A stretch of DNA of 64,000 nt from Camelus ferus (lineage: Eukaryota), in assembly GCF_009834535.1 (NCBI RefSeq), contig NC_045696.1, positions 117,306,001 through 117,370,000 of the forward strand. Direction: 5' to 3'. The notes beneath the pieces are model-generated. The model had not been told where the DNA came from. It worked only from the letters and a program-made list of their open reading frames with translations, and made no database searches. A program made the translations under genes and the position numbers. Below, in pieces: positions 21,911 through 36,070 of the stretch; the first letter of the stretch is position 1, and each line of letters opens with the position of its first letter.

Positions 21911-24400
21911 GTCCACAGTTTCTGATCTGTGTGATCCTAAATCCTCCTGGTTACAGTTAGCGCCAACTAGTGGTAGATTACATGGGGATGTTTCTGGATC
22001 CAGGGGCTGACTGAAACATCCAGCAATCTTCTGAGTAGTAAAAAGATCCTCCTCTGAAGAAGTGGAGCTGGGAAGAACTGGGGGTCCCCGGCCCTGTGCT
22101 CCTTCCCCTACACTCCGCAAGACGCTGCGCTTTCCCCTGACCCTGGTCTCCCCATGTGCCCATCAGCTCCTCCAAGAGACTCCGGTTGACAACAGGGACT
22201 GTGACAGGGATGGAAGCCAATCGCCAACCCTGTTACATTCGAATTCACGTCTTAGCAGGACTATTACTGCTGGGTGTTACTGACTACACTTTATCAGTGA
22301 TTTTTAGTTTTCCTTTCGTTTATTTAGAGTCATAGCTGCTTTTGAATTTTCAGTCCTTGTGAACCTTAAAATAATTCAGACTCAAAATCATAACCCCTCG
22401 CCTTGGAACCATTTTTATAACACAACTTTTGAAAACATATCAGAATTGGATCATGGACAGTGCAACATTTCTAAGGATTACAATTGTGACTTGTATTAGA
22501 GAATCACAAAATATAGTTCAGTGGTGTGAGTGACAGTGACGGTTTGGAGGTGGGAAAAAGGAATTCAGAACAGTGACGAGAGCATTCTGGGCACAGGAAA
22601 ATGTGAGCTCCACCTGCATTTCTTTGCTTACTTGACTCTTTCCTATGGAAGATTGCCGGGTGTTGATGGTGGGAAATCCTATTATTTTATTGTTTTCATT
22701 CACTGAGTGTACTTTAGTGTCTCACACATAGTGGACCCTCAAAGAATATTGGTTGAAGGAATAAACGATGACCAAACAAGCCTACAAGAGTAGGGAAGCA
22801 TGCTAAGTATAGTATGCAAACAGCTGTCAGACCGGAAATGACGGACGGAGAAGATTCGTTTGCTAACCAGTTGCTTAGAGTTTGTATCTCATGATGTTCC
22901 TTGTTTTATTCCTTTAAAAAAATTAATTCAAAGCATGATATGCTTGGGATTGTCAGTTCAGTCCCACCTGGGCTGGGAATTTCTTTTAAAAAGGTCAGAA
23001 AGGAGAGAGTTATATCAACAGAAAGCCATCCTCTTGCTGGAAACAAAAGTTATGCCTTGCTATTCATAATGTGGTCCATGCCCCACCAACCTGGGCATCC
23101 TTGGCAAGTTCGTGAGAGATGCAGAGTCTCAGGTTCCATCCCTGACCGACAAGATCGGCATGTGCATCAGAACAAGATCTCCCAGGGGTTCATGTGGGTG
23201 TTCAGTTCCCACGTGCTTCAAGAAGTGTAGTGACGCGTTCAGTGTGACAGGTAGCGTCATGGCGAAGGCAGAGGAATGCTGTGGTTTTACATCTGGTTGA
23301 CCAGGAAGATGACTGTCATGTTCACTAAAATCTGGAGGACCAAAAGAGGAACTGGTTTGAGGTGGGAGGGAGGGAGAGGCAGAAGAATGTCACTCAAGTT
23401 TTAGAAAAGAGGAACTGAGTTGCCCACACTTTTTGCCACTCCGATCAATGACAAATCAAGTGTCATTCACTTCCAATACCAGGAGTTCACACATGTGGAG
23501 ACAAGCAGCTGGAGGGGAACAGAGAACACATTTGAAGTTGAATATGTGTAACAGGAATCACTTTAGTGTTTAAAGATGTTTGAACTCCTTCAAGTCCAGA
23601 GAGGACCCTTCTTTAGCTGAATCTGTTCCCTGGGCTGGATTCTCTAGGCTGGCCAATTCACCGTATCTTTCATCCTTGCTCTTTGTGGATTTAATACCTT
23701 GAAAACAATCCTCTTAATATCGTCTAAAACCCATTTTGGATCTCCACACTGTGTAAAATGTGTGTAAAAAGCCTCTTAACACAATTGTTTTCGAATGACA
23801 TTGTCAATGTATTTCTCCTCATTTTTTGTAATCATTATTACTCACTGTTGCTTATCATAACCCCATAAGAGCCTAGAACTGAAATCTGTTTTCTTATGGG
23901 TTTTTAAAAACCTTAGCCTTCGCTGGATGTCACTGTGACTCCTTTTATTCTTAATTTTTTAAATTTTGTGATGATTATGTCAGGTTCTTCTGGAGAAATA
24001 CCACAGGCATTAATTTATCTTCAAGAAAACAGCCTGGAATCATTTACATGAACTTTGCAAAAATAAGTATATGATGGGGGCATTGTGATGGTTGGGGGGG
24101 TGGGGAGGAGAGCCGTGAACACTACTTCGTGTAATGTACCTTTTAGCCTCAGATCTCCAAGGGCTTCCCAAATATTAACGTATCCACATTACTTCCCTGG
24201 GAAACATGTTAATATGATTAAACACGTTTTGCAGATGAGAAAACTGAAGGTCTAGATGGGCGAAGTGGTCTGTGGAAAACAAGCCCTAACAGAGGTCATG
24301 GTGGTGTGGGGCCAGCACTCCGTGTCCTGATGCTGTGAGTACATGTCACTTGTCACCCGTTACTTAGTCCTCACTTTTGTTTTAAAAAGGGGAAACTGAG

Positions 24401-24510
24401 GTGGCGGGGTATAGTTCAGTGGTAGAGCGGGTGCTTAGCATGCTCAAGGTCCTGGGTTCAATCCCTAGTACCTCCATTTAAAAAAATAATTAAAAAAAAT
24501 TTTTTAAAAG
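24401..24510 (+). mobile_element. Camelid-type tRNA-derived SINE
   Basis: gggtatagttcagtggtagagcg...gggttcaatccctagtacctcc and an A-rich tail. Confidence 0.88.
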
Positions 24511-25194
24511 CGTTCAGTCCATTAACCCAGCATATAGTGTTTGTTACAAGCTGGATTCTTTTCCTTCCGCCCCCCACCCCCACCCCATGAAGCCACATCT
24601 CTGTCCCTTCTGCTTACCTGGTACTTACCTGCATCTCCTGCAGCTCCCTCCTCTCAAAGCGAGCTCCCTGGAGATAAGATAAAATAAATATTATTGCTCT
24701 GTGTGTGTGTGTATGTGTCCCCATGTTCATTCACTATCTAAAAGGATAGTTGACATTTCTAAATTTTTCAAAGAAGAAAGGGTACTTTTAGAGTTATTGT
24801 TATCACTGGACTAAAATAAACAGCACAGAGACAGTGCCCGTAGGTTGAGAGGCTGGACCCCATCCCTCACTAAACCTCTCCCAGGACGGACTCTCTACCC
24901 TCCTCCACCTGCAGGCAGGTGGAGGGGGCAGTAACAGCAACTCTGCTTGGGCTCCCAGCACTGTGCCTGGCCTTGGCGGACCTAACATGGTAACACTACT
25001 CTTTGATGAGCTTTTAGGGGGTCAGGCTGGAAGAAGGGCACACAGGGCTCAAGGAAAGTTTGCATCTGCAAAGATGGGGAGTGAAGACTAGAGTTCTTGA
25101 GGGGCAACTCACTCTGAAAACAAACTGGGGAGATGTTCATTATTCTTGGCTTTCACCCAACTTGACCTGAACTCACCATTTTCATTTATTGAAA

Positions 25195-25372
25195 AAAAAT
25201 TTTAAATTGAAGTATAGTTGATTTACAACATTGTGTTCATTTCAGGTGGTGTACAGCAAAGTGATTTAGTTATCCATAGATATACAGGTTCTTTTTCAGA
25301 TTCTTTTCCATTACAGGTTATTATGAGATACTGAATATAGTTCCACGTGCTCTACAGTACAACCTTGTTGTT
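25195..25372 (-). mobile_element. 5'-truncated L1 3' end
   Basis: attgaagtatagttgatttacaac...tgaatatagttcc. Confidence 0.8.
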
Positions 25373-26619
25373 ACCATGTTTTGAAATAGACTGTTTTTTT
25401 GCCCCACGTAACCCTGTCTTACCCCTGCCTGAACTTTGACCTGGCCATCATCAAGGTTTCCAAGAATGTTCTGCATCTAGTCTGATCTTTCACCTTCTAG
25501 TGAATAAGCTTGTTATCCTTCAAGAAAAGTCTTTCTTCTCAAGTCACTGGAGGACTAGCCCCCAAATTCCCTACCTGGTTGATGCTTCCAATTCATTTTG
25601 CCAAGTTCTCCCCAAGATGCTGCGTGACTGTGACCAGGCTGGGTGGGCTCCCCAGGCTGCTTTCATTCAGGTGCACTTGTGCATGGTGGGGCCATGGCGA
25701 TGCAAACACCGAGCATCAGATTCAGTCCAAACCTTATTGTCTGGCCTGCATTGTTAATAATAATAGCTATCATTACTGATGATTATAACAATAACTCTCT
25801 GAACAAAGCAAGAATCTCACTAATGATGATTATGAGAAGACTAAGAATTCTAAACTAAAATAACAACATAATTTTAGGTTTTAATCCAAACAGGCTGGAA
25901 ATTAAATGTCAGCCTCAAAGTCAAGGGAATCACTGTGTAGTCTACATAATCATCATAAAAAAACATTATTTCTCCCCCATGTTGGAAATCCAGTGGAGAG
26001 CAGATTCCAGATTGCTATTGCGACTGGAATTTGGTGACAATGAACCTTTCTTATTTTATTAGAAGCAGTTTTCGGAAGACTCAGGATATTGAAATCTTAA
26101 AAAAAGAAAAATTCTTCCAGTTTCTTTTGATGGCATGAAAAAGAGAAGGTGTGTTAAAATCACTGAAGGGTGATTAGGTTTAACCACAGGGTATATTTTT
26201 AAAATTCATGTTTCTTCTCATATCTTTAAAAAGTGACCTGTACCTTTGTATGCACTCTTTCTTTAATATAACTAAATAAATAACGACATCATTTTAATAG
26301 AGTAAATAATGTTAACCGAGGTCTGAAAAATAATGCTAGCTACGTTTCCACTTCTCAACATATCGACACTATGCAAAACACAAACTGGATAATGCCAAAT
26401 CGCAGCCTTGAAAAGGTCAAAATCGATATTTTTTTAAATGTTAAATTACTTTTAAGGGCATATTAAATTCTTAAATTTCACCTATTTTTCCTGTTAGTTT
26501 CCCTTTTCTTCTTCTGGCAGAGATGTTAAAACAGACTAAATGGAAAAAAAGTAAAATCAGGGAGTAAGGAATAGAGCCTGGATAAAGGATGCAATTAAGA
26601 AATTAGTTGTGTACATAAG

Positions 26620-26647
26620 CACACACATACACACACACACACACACA
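26620..26647. repeat. (CA)n microsatellite
   Basis: Direct reading of the sequence. Confidence 0.9.
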
Positions 26648-26778
26648 AATGGTTTTGTAGTATAATTTTCTTTTTCTTCAAAGAAATCCTGTTCTCCAAA
26701 ATATCCTATGCCACCTTAATCCTTTTTCTTTCCTTCTCAATTTGTAAGATGTATATTAAGCTTTCTTGTCTTTAAATC

Positions 26779-26990
26779 TTTTTTTTTTTAATTGAAGTAT
26801 AGTCAGTTTACAATGTTGTGTCAGTTTCTGGTGTACAGCATAATAGTTCAGTCATGCACATACATACATATATTCATTTTCATATTCTTTTTCATTATAG
26901 GTTACTATGAGATATTGAATATACTTCCCTGTGCTCTACAGTATAAACTTGTTTATCTATTTTATATATAGTAGTTAGTATCTGCAGATT
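26779..26990 (-). mobile_element. 5'-truncated L1 3' end
   Basis: Poly-T followed by aattgaagtatagtcagtttacaatg. Confidence 0.85.
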
Positions 26991-29164
26991 TACACAATCT
27001 ACTAAACAGACAAGAGTCATTTAAGAAATAGGTTAAAAATATCAATTTCAGAATCCCACTTGCAAAGAGGTTCTGATTTATAGGCCTGGGGTTGGACGGA
27101 GACATAGTTTTTAACAAGCTTAGCTGGGGATGGGGGGTGGTCTATGAGGTGGTGGACCAGGAACTCCAACCTGGAAAAACACAGTAAACTAAAACCACAA
27201 CCAAGCCACCTCGTCTTCAGCAGGCCAACAACTGATGGAGATCAACCTCAGTGGACCAGAGAGAAGAAACTCGTTCACAATTCAAAATACATCACATGTG
27301 GATCTTTCTGATGCAATGTCTGCTGGAAACCCTGATGTGAGCACTGGCGATCTCTTAGTGGGAGGCACATGGGGTTCACAGTACCACGGCTAGAGCGTGA
27401 GAGAGAGAAGGGTGAACACCCAAGTTATGTGGGTGGTTTTGAGAGCATCCATCTCTGTTAAATTATCTTCTAATGTCTAGGCTTTAAAAATCCTGAACCC
27501 GTTTTCCCCAAAGATTTTCTGTCAAGTTTTATGGGATGGAATTATTCCATCCAGTATCCAATAAAGATATCTGGGAAGAACTATTTAATGCCAGAGAACA
27601 GTTTTCTTCAGACCATTTAAGGCCTTCCTCTTAGAAACAGGAAACAGCTTTCTCTTGCAAAGATGAGTGTGGTTAAAAAGGTTCATGTTTGGCCTTAATT
27701 CAAAAGTCAGACTAAATTTGGCAAAATGTGGTAGCTGGGGAAGGGAAGGAAATTAATATGATAGTAGATAGGGTTGAACGTCTTTCTGAAATTGTTTGAC
27801 TGATGCATACTCATATTTTTCTTTAAAGACTCTCTAATGAGGCATTTCCCGAGAAATTTTGATGGTAATCTGTGGTGGACGGATTGGTAGTATTTACGTA
27901 CTTCTGAGGGACCACAAAGTTACATTTGTGTGAATGGGTTACTTCCTATTAAAGAAATGACTCTTCTTTCACATGAGTAATAGTACTCAGACTTTGCTCT
28001 TTTTTCCCCTCTGCTCTCCCGAAGACGTGTCTGTCTCTCATGGCATTTGTTGTTGTTGTGGTGAAGTTATTTTTCTTGACAAGTTCCACCTACTCACAGT
28101 TAACCTGAAGGTCTTTTCCACTGTCACTCTGCTGTGAATGCGCAAAAAGGAAGCTTGTTATCGCAAGATCAGCAACTCAGATTACAGCGTGATCAGAAGT
28201 GACATCACCGCGTGGTTTCATTAGTGATATTAGAGGAGAAGGAACGATTTTCAGTCAACCAAGAAAAGTGGCTGGAAGTCGTCTGCACTCCTCTAGTAAA
28301 TGTTTTGTTTTTTGCATCTCTGAAGACACAACTTGGTCCTTCCTCCTCTGGTCTCCCATCCCTCCCCAAATTGCATTGGGGATTCCTTTCCAGGATCTCT
28401 TTCCTTCTCTAGTCCCCATTGTTGAGTGCGTATCTCTCCTCCTTCTGCCCGTGTAGAACAGAGTCAAAACAAAACAAAACAGAGTACATTACCACTATTG
28501 ACCTGATAACTTTCTTTTCCCAGAATAAGATCTGAAGAGAATTCAAGAAAACCACAGACACTAGAACGGATGAAGCCTACTTCCTGTGAATTTGTGTGGC
28601 TTGTTCATCAAGTCATACCCCACTTTCCTACTCTTATTCTGTCTTCTCGTAGTCACAGTGTTTCTGCCGTTGTCTGTGCACCCCGCTTGCCCCAGAGCCA
28701 TGATCAGTATCCGTGAGAACCTTGGCCCGGTTCTGGTCCTAGAGCAAAAGACAGTGCCCTAGATTGCCTTTCACCTACTTCTGGTCTGGGCTTCACAGTG
28801 CTAATGAAATTGCTTGGTTTGAGACGGATGTGATCAGAAGGAAAATTCATCTTTGCTTGAACGAGGCAAACTCTGCTTTACTTTTCCAGTGATGAAACTG
28901 CACACGTGTGTGTTTTGGTGGAGGCGGGACAATGGGGTGAAATCTGATGTGTGGGAAGAAATATGGGTTCTGTATTCTCATGTTACGGTAGATGGGGTTT
29001 GGAATGCTGAGAAAGGAATCCGAATGCTGGGCTGTCTCCTGCCTTCTGGAATTGTTTAGATATCCCGTAGTAGATCACATGGAACCAGAAATAATGTCAT
29101 CAAATCCTCTAACCATGGGCAAGTCAGTTAGTCTCTCTTAGCTTCAGTTTCCTTAAACCTAAAA

Positions 29165-29388
29165 CGGAGTTTCTCAACCTCATCACTATTGACCTTTGGG
29201 GACAGATTATCCCTGTCTTAGGGGACTGACCTGTACACCGTAGGATATACGATGGCATCTGTGACCTCCACCCACTGGATGCCAGTAGCGCCCCCACCCA
29301 CCAGTTGTGACAGTCTCCAGACATTGCCAGATGTCCCCTAGGGAAGAGGGCTAAGGCAAAATCACCCTCCGCTGAGAACCACTGGTCT
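29165..29388. mobile_element. MER20 hAT DNA transposon
   Basis: tttctcaacc..actattgac..ctccagacattgccagatgtcccct..tgagaaccactg. Confidence 0.85.
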
Positions 29389-29669
29389 AAAATAAAGCAG
29401 TGAAAATTGATGATGGCTTTTCGTTCTGAAGGTCTACAAGTATAACATTTCATGATTCTAGGTCCATTGCCAATATGTTGATGCAAAAGACCCCTTGTTT
29501 CAACTCAATTTGTCCTAGTAAAGATAGGGAGAAAAGAGGGAACTAATCAAAGAGTTAATGGTGAATGAGGTTTATATTAATAACCCAATTAAGAGTTAGC
29601 CTCCAATATTTGTCGAGAGGCTATCTTACAGAAAAACAATAGGAGGCAGCATGTTGAATACTTTCTCTT

Positions 29670-29885
29670 TTTAATCTTTTTTAAAAAATTGAAGTATAGT
29701 TGATTTATAATGTGTTAATTTCTGGTGTACAGCGTAGTGATTCAGTTATACATATATACATATATATATTCCTTTCCATATTCTTTTTCATTATAGGCTA
29801 TTACAAGGTATTGAATACAGTTCCCTATGCTATAGACAGCAAGGGACCTTGCTGTTTATTTTAAACGTAGTAGTTAGTATCTGCT
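29670..29885 (-). mobile_element. 5'-truncated L1 3' end
   Basis: attgaagtatagttgatttataatg... Confidence 0.8.
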
Positions 29886-32800
29886 AACTGCTTTCAGTGA
29901 GCTATCTCACTCAATGGCTGAAAAGGAATAATTATTAGCTCCAACTTACAGAGAAGTCAAACTAAGGTTTAGGGGCAATGAACAATTTGTCCAGAATCTC
30001 ACTGCTAGTCACTAGGGAAAAACAAAAATTCAAAGCCAAATCTATCTGCCCTAAAATCTTTGTTTTTGGCCATTACTTTATATTGCTTCCTGGGGTAGGC
30101 AGTATGCCAGGTATTGTTAAAGACTTCTTCTTTGTCTCCTGATATCGATAAAGTAGGTACAATCATTATCCTCATTTTTTTTTTATATGTAGGGAAATTA
30201 GAGCGGAAAGAGTTTATGTAACCTGCCCCAGGTCACACAGCTAGTGGGTGGCAAAGCTGAGTGAGATTTCCACTCGGTCCCTGATCTCAGCCACTTCTCT
30301 CTGCTGCCTTTCAACATAAAACCTGCAGTCCCAGACCTTGGCACCCCGTGAGTCCATGCAAATGAGTATTCTTTGGGCACTGTTCAATATTTGGTGAGAC
30401 TTTTTGAATGGTGGGAGATGTCTTCAGTCTCTTTTCTGTAAGGGAGTTGCTGCTGTGGAATAAGAATATCACTGAAATATCACTGAAATGATCATTGTTA
30501 TAATAAAAGAGATTCTCTACATGTTGCTGCATAGAAAGATCTGACCTGCATCTCTCCTGCTCAGTCAAAGGATGTGACATTTGAAACACTCTCCATGGGA
30601 ATGCTACCAAAGTCTGACACATAGCCATCCAGTTACTGCCTCATCGTACCTTACTGAACACTGACTATGTTCTAGACACTGTACCAAATGCTGAGGATAC
30701 GGCCACAATATGGTACAATTCCTGCAAAGCTTCAACACTAGGACTAAGAGAAGTCCACGATCCTAAGGCATGTACAGAGGGATAGAAGAATCACAGAGAG
30801 GAGGGCACATTTTTCTACTTGGGAAGAGCCTCACCAGGATGTGCTTCTCAAAGGAGACCCTTGAGTGGTGGTAGAGAACCATCAGACATTCCAACTGGAG
30901 AAACGAGGAGCTGTGAAAAGAGGAAGCAATTTCAGAGAAAGAGACGCTATCAATTATGGCTGGAGACAGGGGACGGCAGAGGATGAGAGAAGGCTAGAAA
31001 AAATAGATTAGTGTAAGGGAGAGCCTTGCGTTTCATCCTAAGATGACTGCGCCCTTTTATAGGTTACGTGGATTCATCAAAGAGTTTTAAGCAAAGGAGT
31101 GGCAGGATCCGACTTGTGTTTTAGAAAGGCTACTCTTCGTATGGGTAACAGATGAATGGATTTGACCTGTATCCAAGAATCACCCTACCCTGTATGAGGC
31201 AACCCAGTTGTTCTTCCTGGAGTATATGGTTAGTCAGACAGACCAGATGATCTAATACAGAGTGAAGGACCAATTTGGCCCCAATTTTTCTGCCACTGCT
31301 CTACCTTGGAGCTAATTAAACTGCCCTACAGGAGTCCTCCTGGGATAAATTTCCTGGAGCAACAGGGTCTAGAGAATGCAGTTACAACTTCACCTTCTTT
31401 TCCCACAAAAGAAGTCCCCGGATTTAACTGGTCTCAACAGTCCTGGTGTTGGTGAAAGTAAAAGCAGGCAGTGCCAAGAGCATTCATACTTTATACCTAC
31501 TAGGCAGTTTTGCAGCCAGGCTCCTCAAAGCATTAACCAACACGCATTTTTCAAAGTCTTTCTATGTGGTAAAAACACAGGAAACTGAAGGTAATGCTTG
31601 AACCTGCTGTGGACTCACAGACATGGACAGAACTTGGACTTGAACTCCTCTGTCCCTCCTGTGCTGCCCACTGGACAAGGAAGAATCTGTACTGGCTGGA
31701 GGTGGACCTCTGACTAGAGAAGTTGAATGTTTTGAAAGAGATGTTGTAAATATTCAGGTCTTTAGGACTTTGTAGCTAAGTAACTGTCCTGGGACAGCCT
31801 TCCTGGCTAGAAGGCTACAAGGGTAATCTACATGATCCACAAAAATAAATGAAGCCTGTCTTAAAAAGCCATCACATGAGAAGCAACATCACAAATTCTT
31901 CATCTGGGTTACCTCCCCACCTTTCAGTGACCACAGGCAGGAAAGAGAGGTCACAGCGATGGACACTTAGTTCTTACACTGACCATGATTGTGTTAGCAG
32001 TCAATGAAAAGTTGTATAGTGCCCAAGGATTTCCCGTGCATGCAGACTTAACCCAAACTCTTTCATTATAGCCCAGGTAGATCTCACTGTCAACTGCAAG
32101 CACTCTCCCAAACTCTTCCCCAAACAGTAATTTATGGTGGAGCCAAGACGCTGCTCTGTCTATAACTAGGGCTTATGTAATTTATAGGAGGTTTTGTTTT
32201 CTGTATAACATCATTCATATGAAGAGGACCACTGCAATTGTGTAGTTGGAAGTGCAGTCACAACTGGACTCTCTACTCCATTTGATTGGACCCTCACTTG
32301 TCGCACCTGACTCTTGTGGTCCAAGGAATGTAAGCAATCTGCAACTTCCTTCGTGCATCTGTGTCTTGTCTCTTCCTCCTGAGGTCCTCCAGAAGTCTCC
32401 AAAAGGATCGTACAGAATTCTCTGATTTAACATGCTTGGTGTCTGCTAAATATTCTAACATTGTGGATCATTTTCTAACCAATGGAATCCAATGGACTGC
32501 ACCAGGAGAGAGAAACTTAGAAAAGGAAAGGCACAATCTTCTCCCAGCTGCCATGTCACAGAGGTCAGTGGCTGGAATACCTTGCTCTACCTGGGCCGTC
32601 AGTTCACTGAGACTCCTCTCCATACTTCTCAAGGCCCTTAGCCAAGCAAGGAGTCCTCTTTCCCACCCCTGTTCTTTGTCTGTGGAACCAGGGAGAAAGT
32701 TCTATTCCTTGCTAAGATAACACCTCTTCACGGCTGGAGTTGGAATTCCATTCTGTGTTTTGGGATATTTCTTTCAATTAAGACATTTGGATAAACTACA

Positions 32801-34409
32801 GTCATCATTTCCAGTGAAACCACCCAAGTAGTGAACCCTACTGAGATTTAAACTGAACTCTATCAGCAACCAGATGAGTGATCTTTGAACAAAGCACTCA
32901 TGTCAGCCTTCTGGGTCTGGTTTTTCTCATTTGAAAAATAAGCTAGAAAATGGGCTTTAGCACAAAGAGTCATGATTTTGGTCATCCATGGTGCTCTACT
33001 GGCTCTAACATTTGGGGATCTTTGAGTTTCTTTGAGAATCTAGCAAGAACTATGGAAAGAATAACAATGATTCAGAAATTTTGGAAACAATTTAGGGGAT
33101 TCACAAAAATTTTCTGCTCCCCTCACCCCAAACCCTCTCCCTAATCCAGAAACCCCTAACCTGTTTCTCTGTAAGAAGAGAAGAGGCCTTGAAGTTTCCA
33201 GGATGGGCATACAGGAGGCACTCAAATTGCTCCTTGAGTGAGTGAATGAATTAAATCTATCACACGACCTCCATGAGTTCTTCTCTGTCTTCACAAATGC
33301 AGTGTTATGACACCATCATCTTCTCTCCAAATATATCAGTTATTAAATATCCACTTGCATTTATTGTTAGCTTATGTTCAAGCCAAAAAATATGATAAAT
33401 TCTAAGGACAGCCTCTTACCATAGACACGAAGCCAACATTGTACAGAAGTGAGAATAATCCAGAAACCCATCAATCACTCCACTGATCACCAGGGTTTCT
33501 TCAGTTACCCAGGTTGGCTAACATCCTGAAGTTCTGTATTTATTCAGAGAGGATGGTATCCCAGAGAGAAAAGAGCATTTCTTACCCAAGGATATCTAAG
33601 CAGATCCCCTCAAGAGCCTCAGAGGAAATCTCTACTCAAGTTGGGTTTGCTTTCCAGAAGGCTTTATAATAATATCGAACTCATTCAAATCATTTGGTCC
33701 TTTCCAGGAGACAATGCCATGTTCTTATTTATTTTCCTATTTTCATACTGCTTTTATTACCTTGAATAGCCTATAATCTTAATGGAGTCCAGTATCATTT
33801 GGGAAAAAAAAAGGGTGTAAATCTCTTAAAACATTCAACACAAATGATAAGGAATCAGGGATTTAATCCATGGATTAAAAATCAGCTGTCACTGTAACAT
33901 TAAATCTGATTTATACTCTGTTTATTAGTTTGGGTGGAGGTATTTCCATTTTTTTTTTTTTTTTTTAGCTTTGCCAATGATACTAGCCAAATGCTACCTT
34001 GATATCTCATTACCAGAATCTGGCTTTTGACTCATCTCAGAAAAATCTGGCATAATCTGTGTGTTATAAGACTGCACTCCAAACTCCAGCTGCCTGGTGT
34101 GGTGTGGTAAGCTAATCCAAAACATCTGTCTTGCATTTTGTGCTCAAAACTCCCTCAATGAGGATGTAGGGTAATGGAAAATAGAAGTTCTTCCTTTTGT
34201 GCTTTGGTTCTTTAAACCTCCTAGGTCCTTAGACAAACATTCAGAAGCAAATTTGTCTTCTCTAATGGATTCCAGACACATGTTGAAATAAATAATTGTC
34301 ACAGCCTTTCTCTGGTACCCACAACCTGGAAACAGTCTAGTCAATCACTGTGTCTTCCAGATCCACTGAATTCTCATTATTCAGAATGTATTGGTAGTGG
34401 TTGTCTAGG

Positions 34410-34840
34410 GCATCAGTGTCCCCAGTAAGCAAGTCTCCTAGAATTCATGCCCTTGTTTATTCGTACTCTTTACATAGTGACCCTGTCATTGGATATGTGA
34501 GTGGCCTTGACCAATGGGACCTTAGCAACTTCGGTGGGAGCAGAGGTTTTAGAAGTGCTTACATGTTGAGTCTTGTCTTCTTGGAACGTCCCACCTTGGA
34601 AGCCCACGGCCATGTTAAAGGCAGCTCGGTCTCACCACTGACTGATGACAGGCCATGAAGAGAGGGGCCCTGGAGGAGGAGAACCTGTCCTGGGAGTCCC
34701 AGACCCCAGAAGATCTTCCAGTTGAAGGCAGCCTAATAAGTGACCTTAGTTACTGCACGTGGTATAGAAAACTGCCCAGTTGAGCTCAGCCAACCCACAG
34801 AATCATAAATAATCATAAATCGTTGTTGTTTTCAACCTCA
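34410..34840. mobile_element. MLT1-type MaLR solo LTR
   Basis: tgtgagtggccttgaccaatggga...actgcccagttgagctcagccaacccacagaatcat. Confidence 0.65.
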
Positions 34841-35658
34841 AGGTAAAGATATAAAGAGCTGAAACATTAGGTATATAATTTTAACCCTCATCATTTTAGT
34901 TAACACAAAACACATGTATCTCAAGCACACATATACATATGTACACACATATATATTGCAACATGTATGAATGTAAATATTGTGATATGACCGGTAGTTG
35001 TTGTTTTTTATCAACATGAAGTTCAGGTTTTAACGTCCATAATAGGGAAGAAAAAGTGTCAAAAGCAAATTGTGCTTGAATTGAAATCCCTTTTCCAAAA
35101 GTATTTTTCTTTATATTCACACTCAAAATAAATGAAAGCATTGACTAATACTTGTAAAATTCTAAAGCATTAAGAGATGACTGTTTATTAATGGGCCCTG
35201 CTCAAGTGTAAAGACGTTAAGTATACAAATACATTTTAAAATCAAAGTGGAAACCTAAGCATATCTCATAACTTTGAAAACTTGTATTTCCTGTTGTAGC
35301 ATTGCAGGCCTCAATTTTTCTTTGTTTTCCACCAAACTATGAGCTTAGTTTGGTATTTTTTCCCTACATTTGTTCAGACTCAAGTATAAACTAACCAATT
35401 AGTAAATTTTATCTAGTATTGCTTCAAAAATAATAACTACCACTCATTCAGTGATTATTAAGTGTCAGGAATTCTGCTGACAGCTTTTCTTAGATTAACT
35501 ATACATCACAATTTACAAGGTGGTTAGAATATTCTTACTTTATTTTGAGGCAAAAACTAAAGCTCAGAAGGAAATTTTCCCAAGTCACAAAGCACATATG
35601 GGGATGAGCCACTTCCAAGTGTTTGATTTGGAAGCCTCGGTTCCTATAATTCTCTAGG

Positions 35659-35875
35659 CCAGGGGCTAGAAAACTTTTCCCAAAAAGGGCTAGAGATTAG
35701 TAAATATTTTCAGCTTTGTAGGTCATCGAGTCTCCGTGGCGACAACTCAAGGCTGCCTGAAAGCAGGCAAAGGCAATGAGTCAATGAATAGGTGTGGCTG
35801 TGTCCCACTGAAACCTTCTTTCTAAAAGCAGGGAGTGGGCTGCATTTAGCTTGCAGCTGTGGTTTGACAATGACA
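35659..35875. mobile_element. MER58A-like DNA transposon
   Basis: gtaaatattttcagctttgtaggtcat..gtgtggctgtgt. Confidence 0.7.
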
Positions 35876-35914
35876 CCCTTTGTCTCCTGAAATGATGATT
35901 GAACTTGAGTTCAC

Positions 35915-36070
35915 ATCAGAACCTGATTACAAGATGGCTTGTAGAAACAGAAGCCTCTCGCAGTCTGAGATTCAGTAGGTATAGGATGGAGTCAAGAAAG
36001 AGCACTCTGACAATTTCCCAGGTGATAAAGCTGCTGCTGGAACAAAGGCACACACTTTGAGAACCACTAG
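35915..36070. mobile_element. MER5-like DNA transposon
   Basis: gattcagtaggt..cccaggtgat..cacactttgagaaccact; related fragments at about 23060-23230, 27040-27180, 38745-38890 and 40115-40260. Confidence 0.65.

Noticed and set aside
25575..25745. Possible minus-strand exon (atgcag|...CAG|GTAGGG)
   Set aside because: Stops in all three frames, poor polypyrimidine tract and no motif.
28200..28760. Acceptor-like sites on both strands (minus near 28445, plus near 28523)
   Set aside because: No matching strong donor and no recognisable protein; at most non-coding exons.
32211..32500. Minus-strand acceptor with overlapping short ORFs
   Set aside because: No motif, weak donor and no link to other exons.
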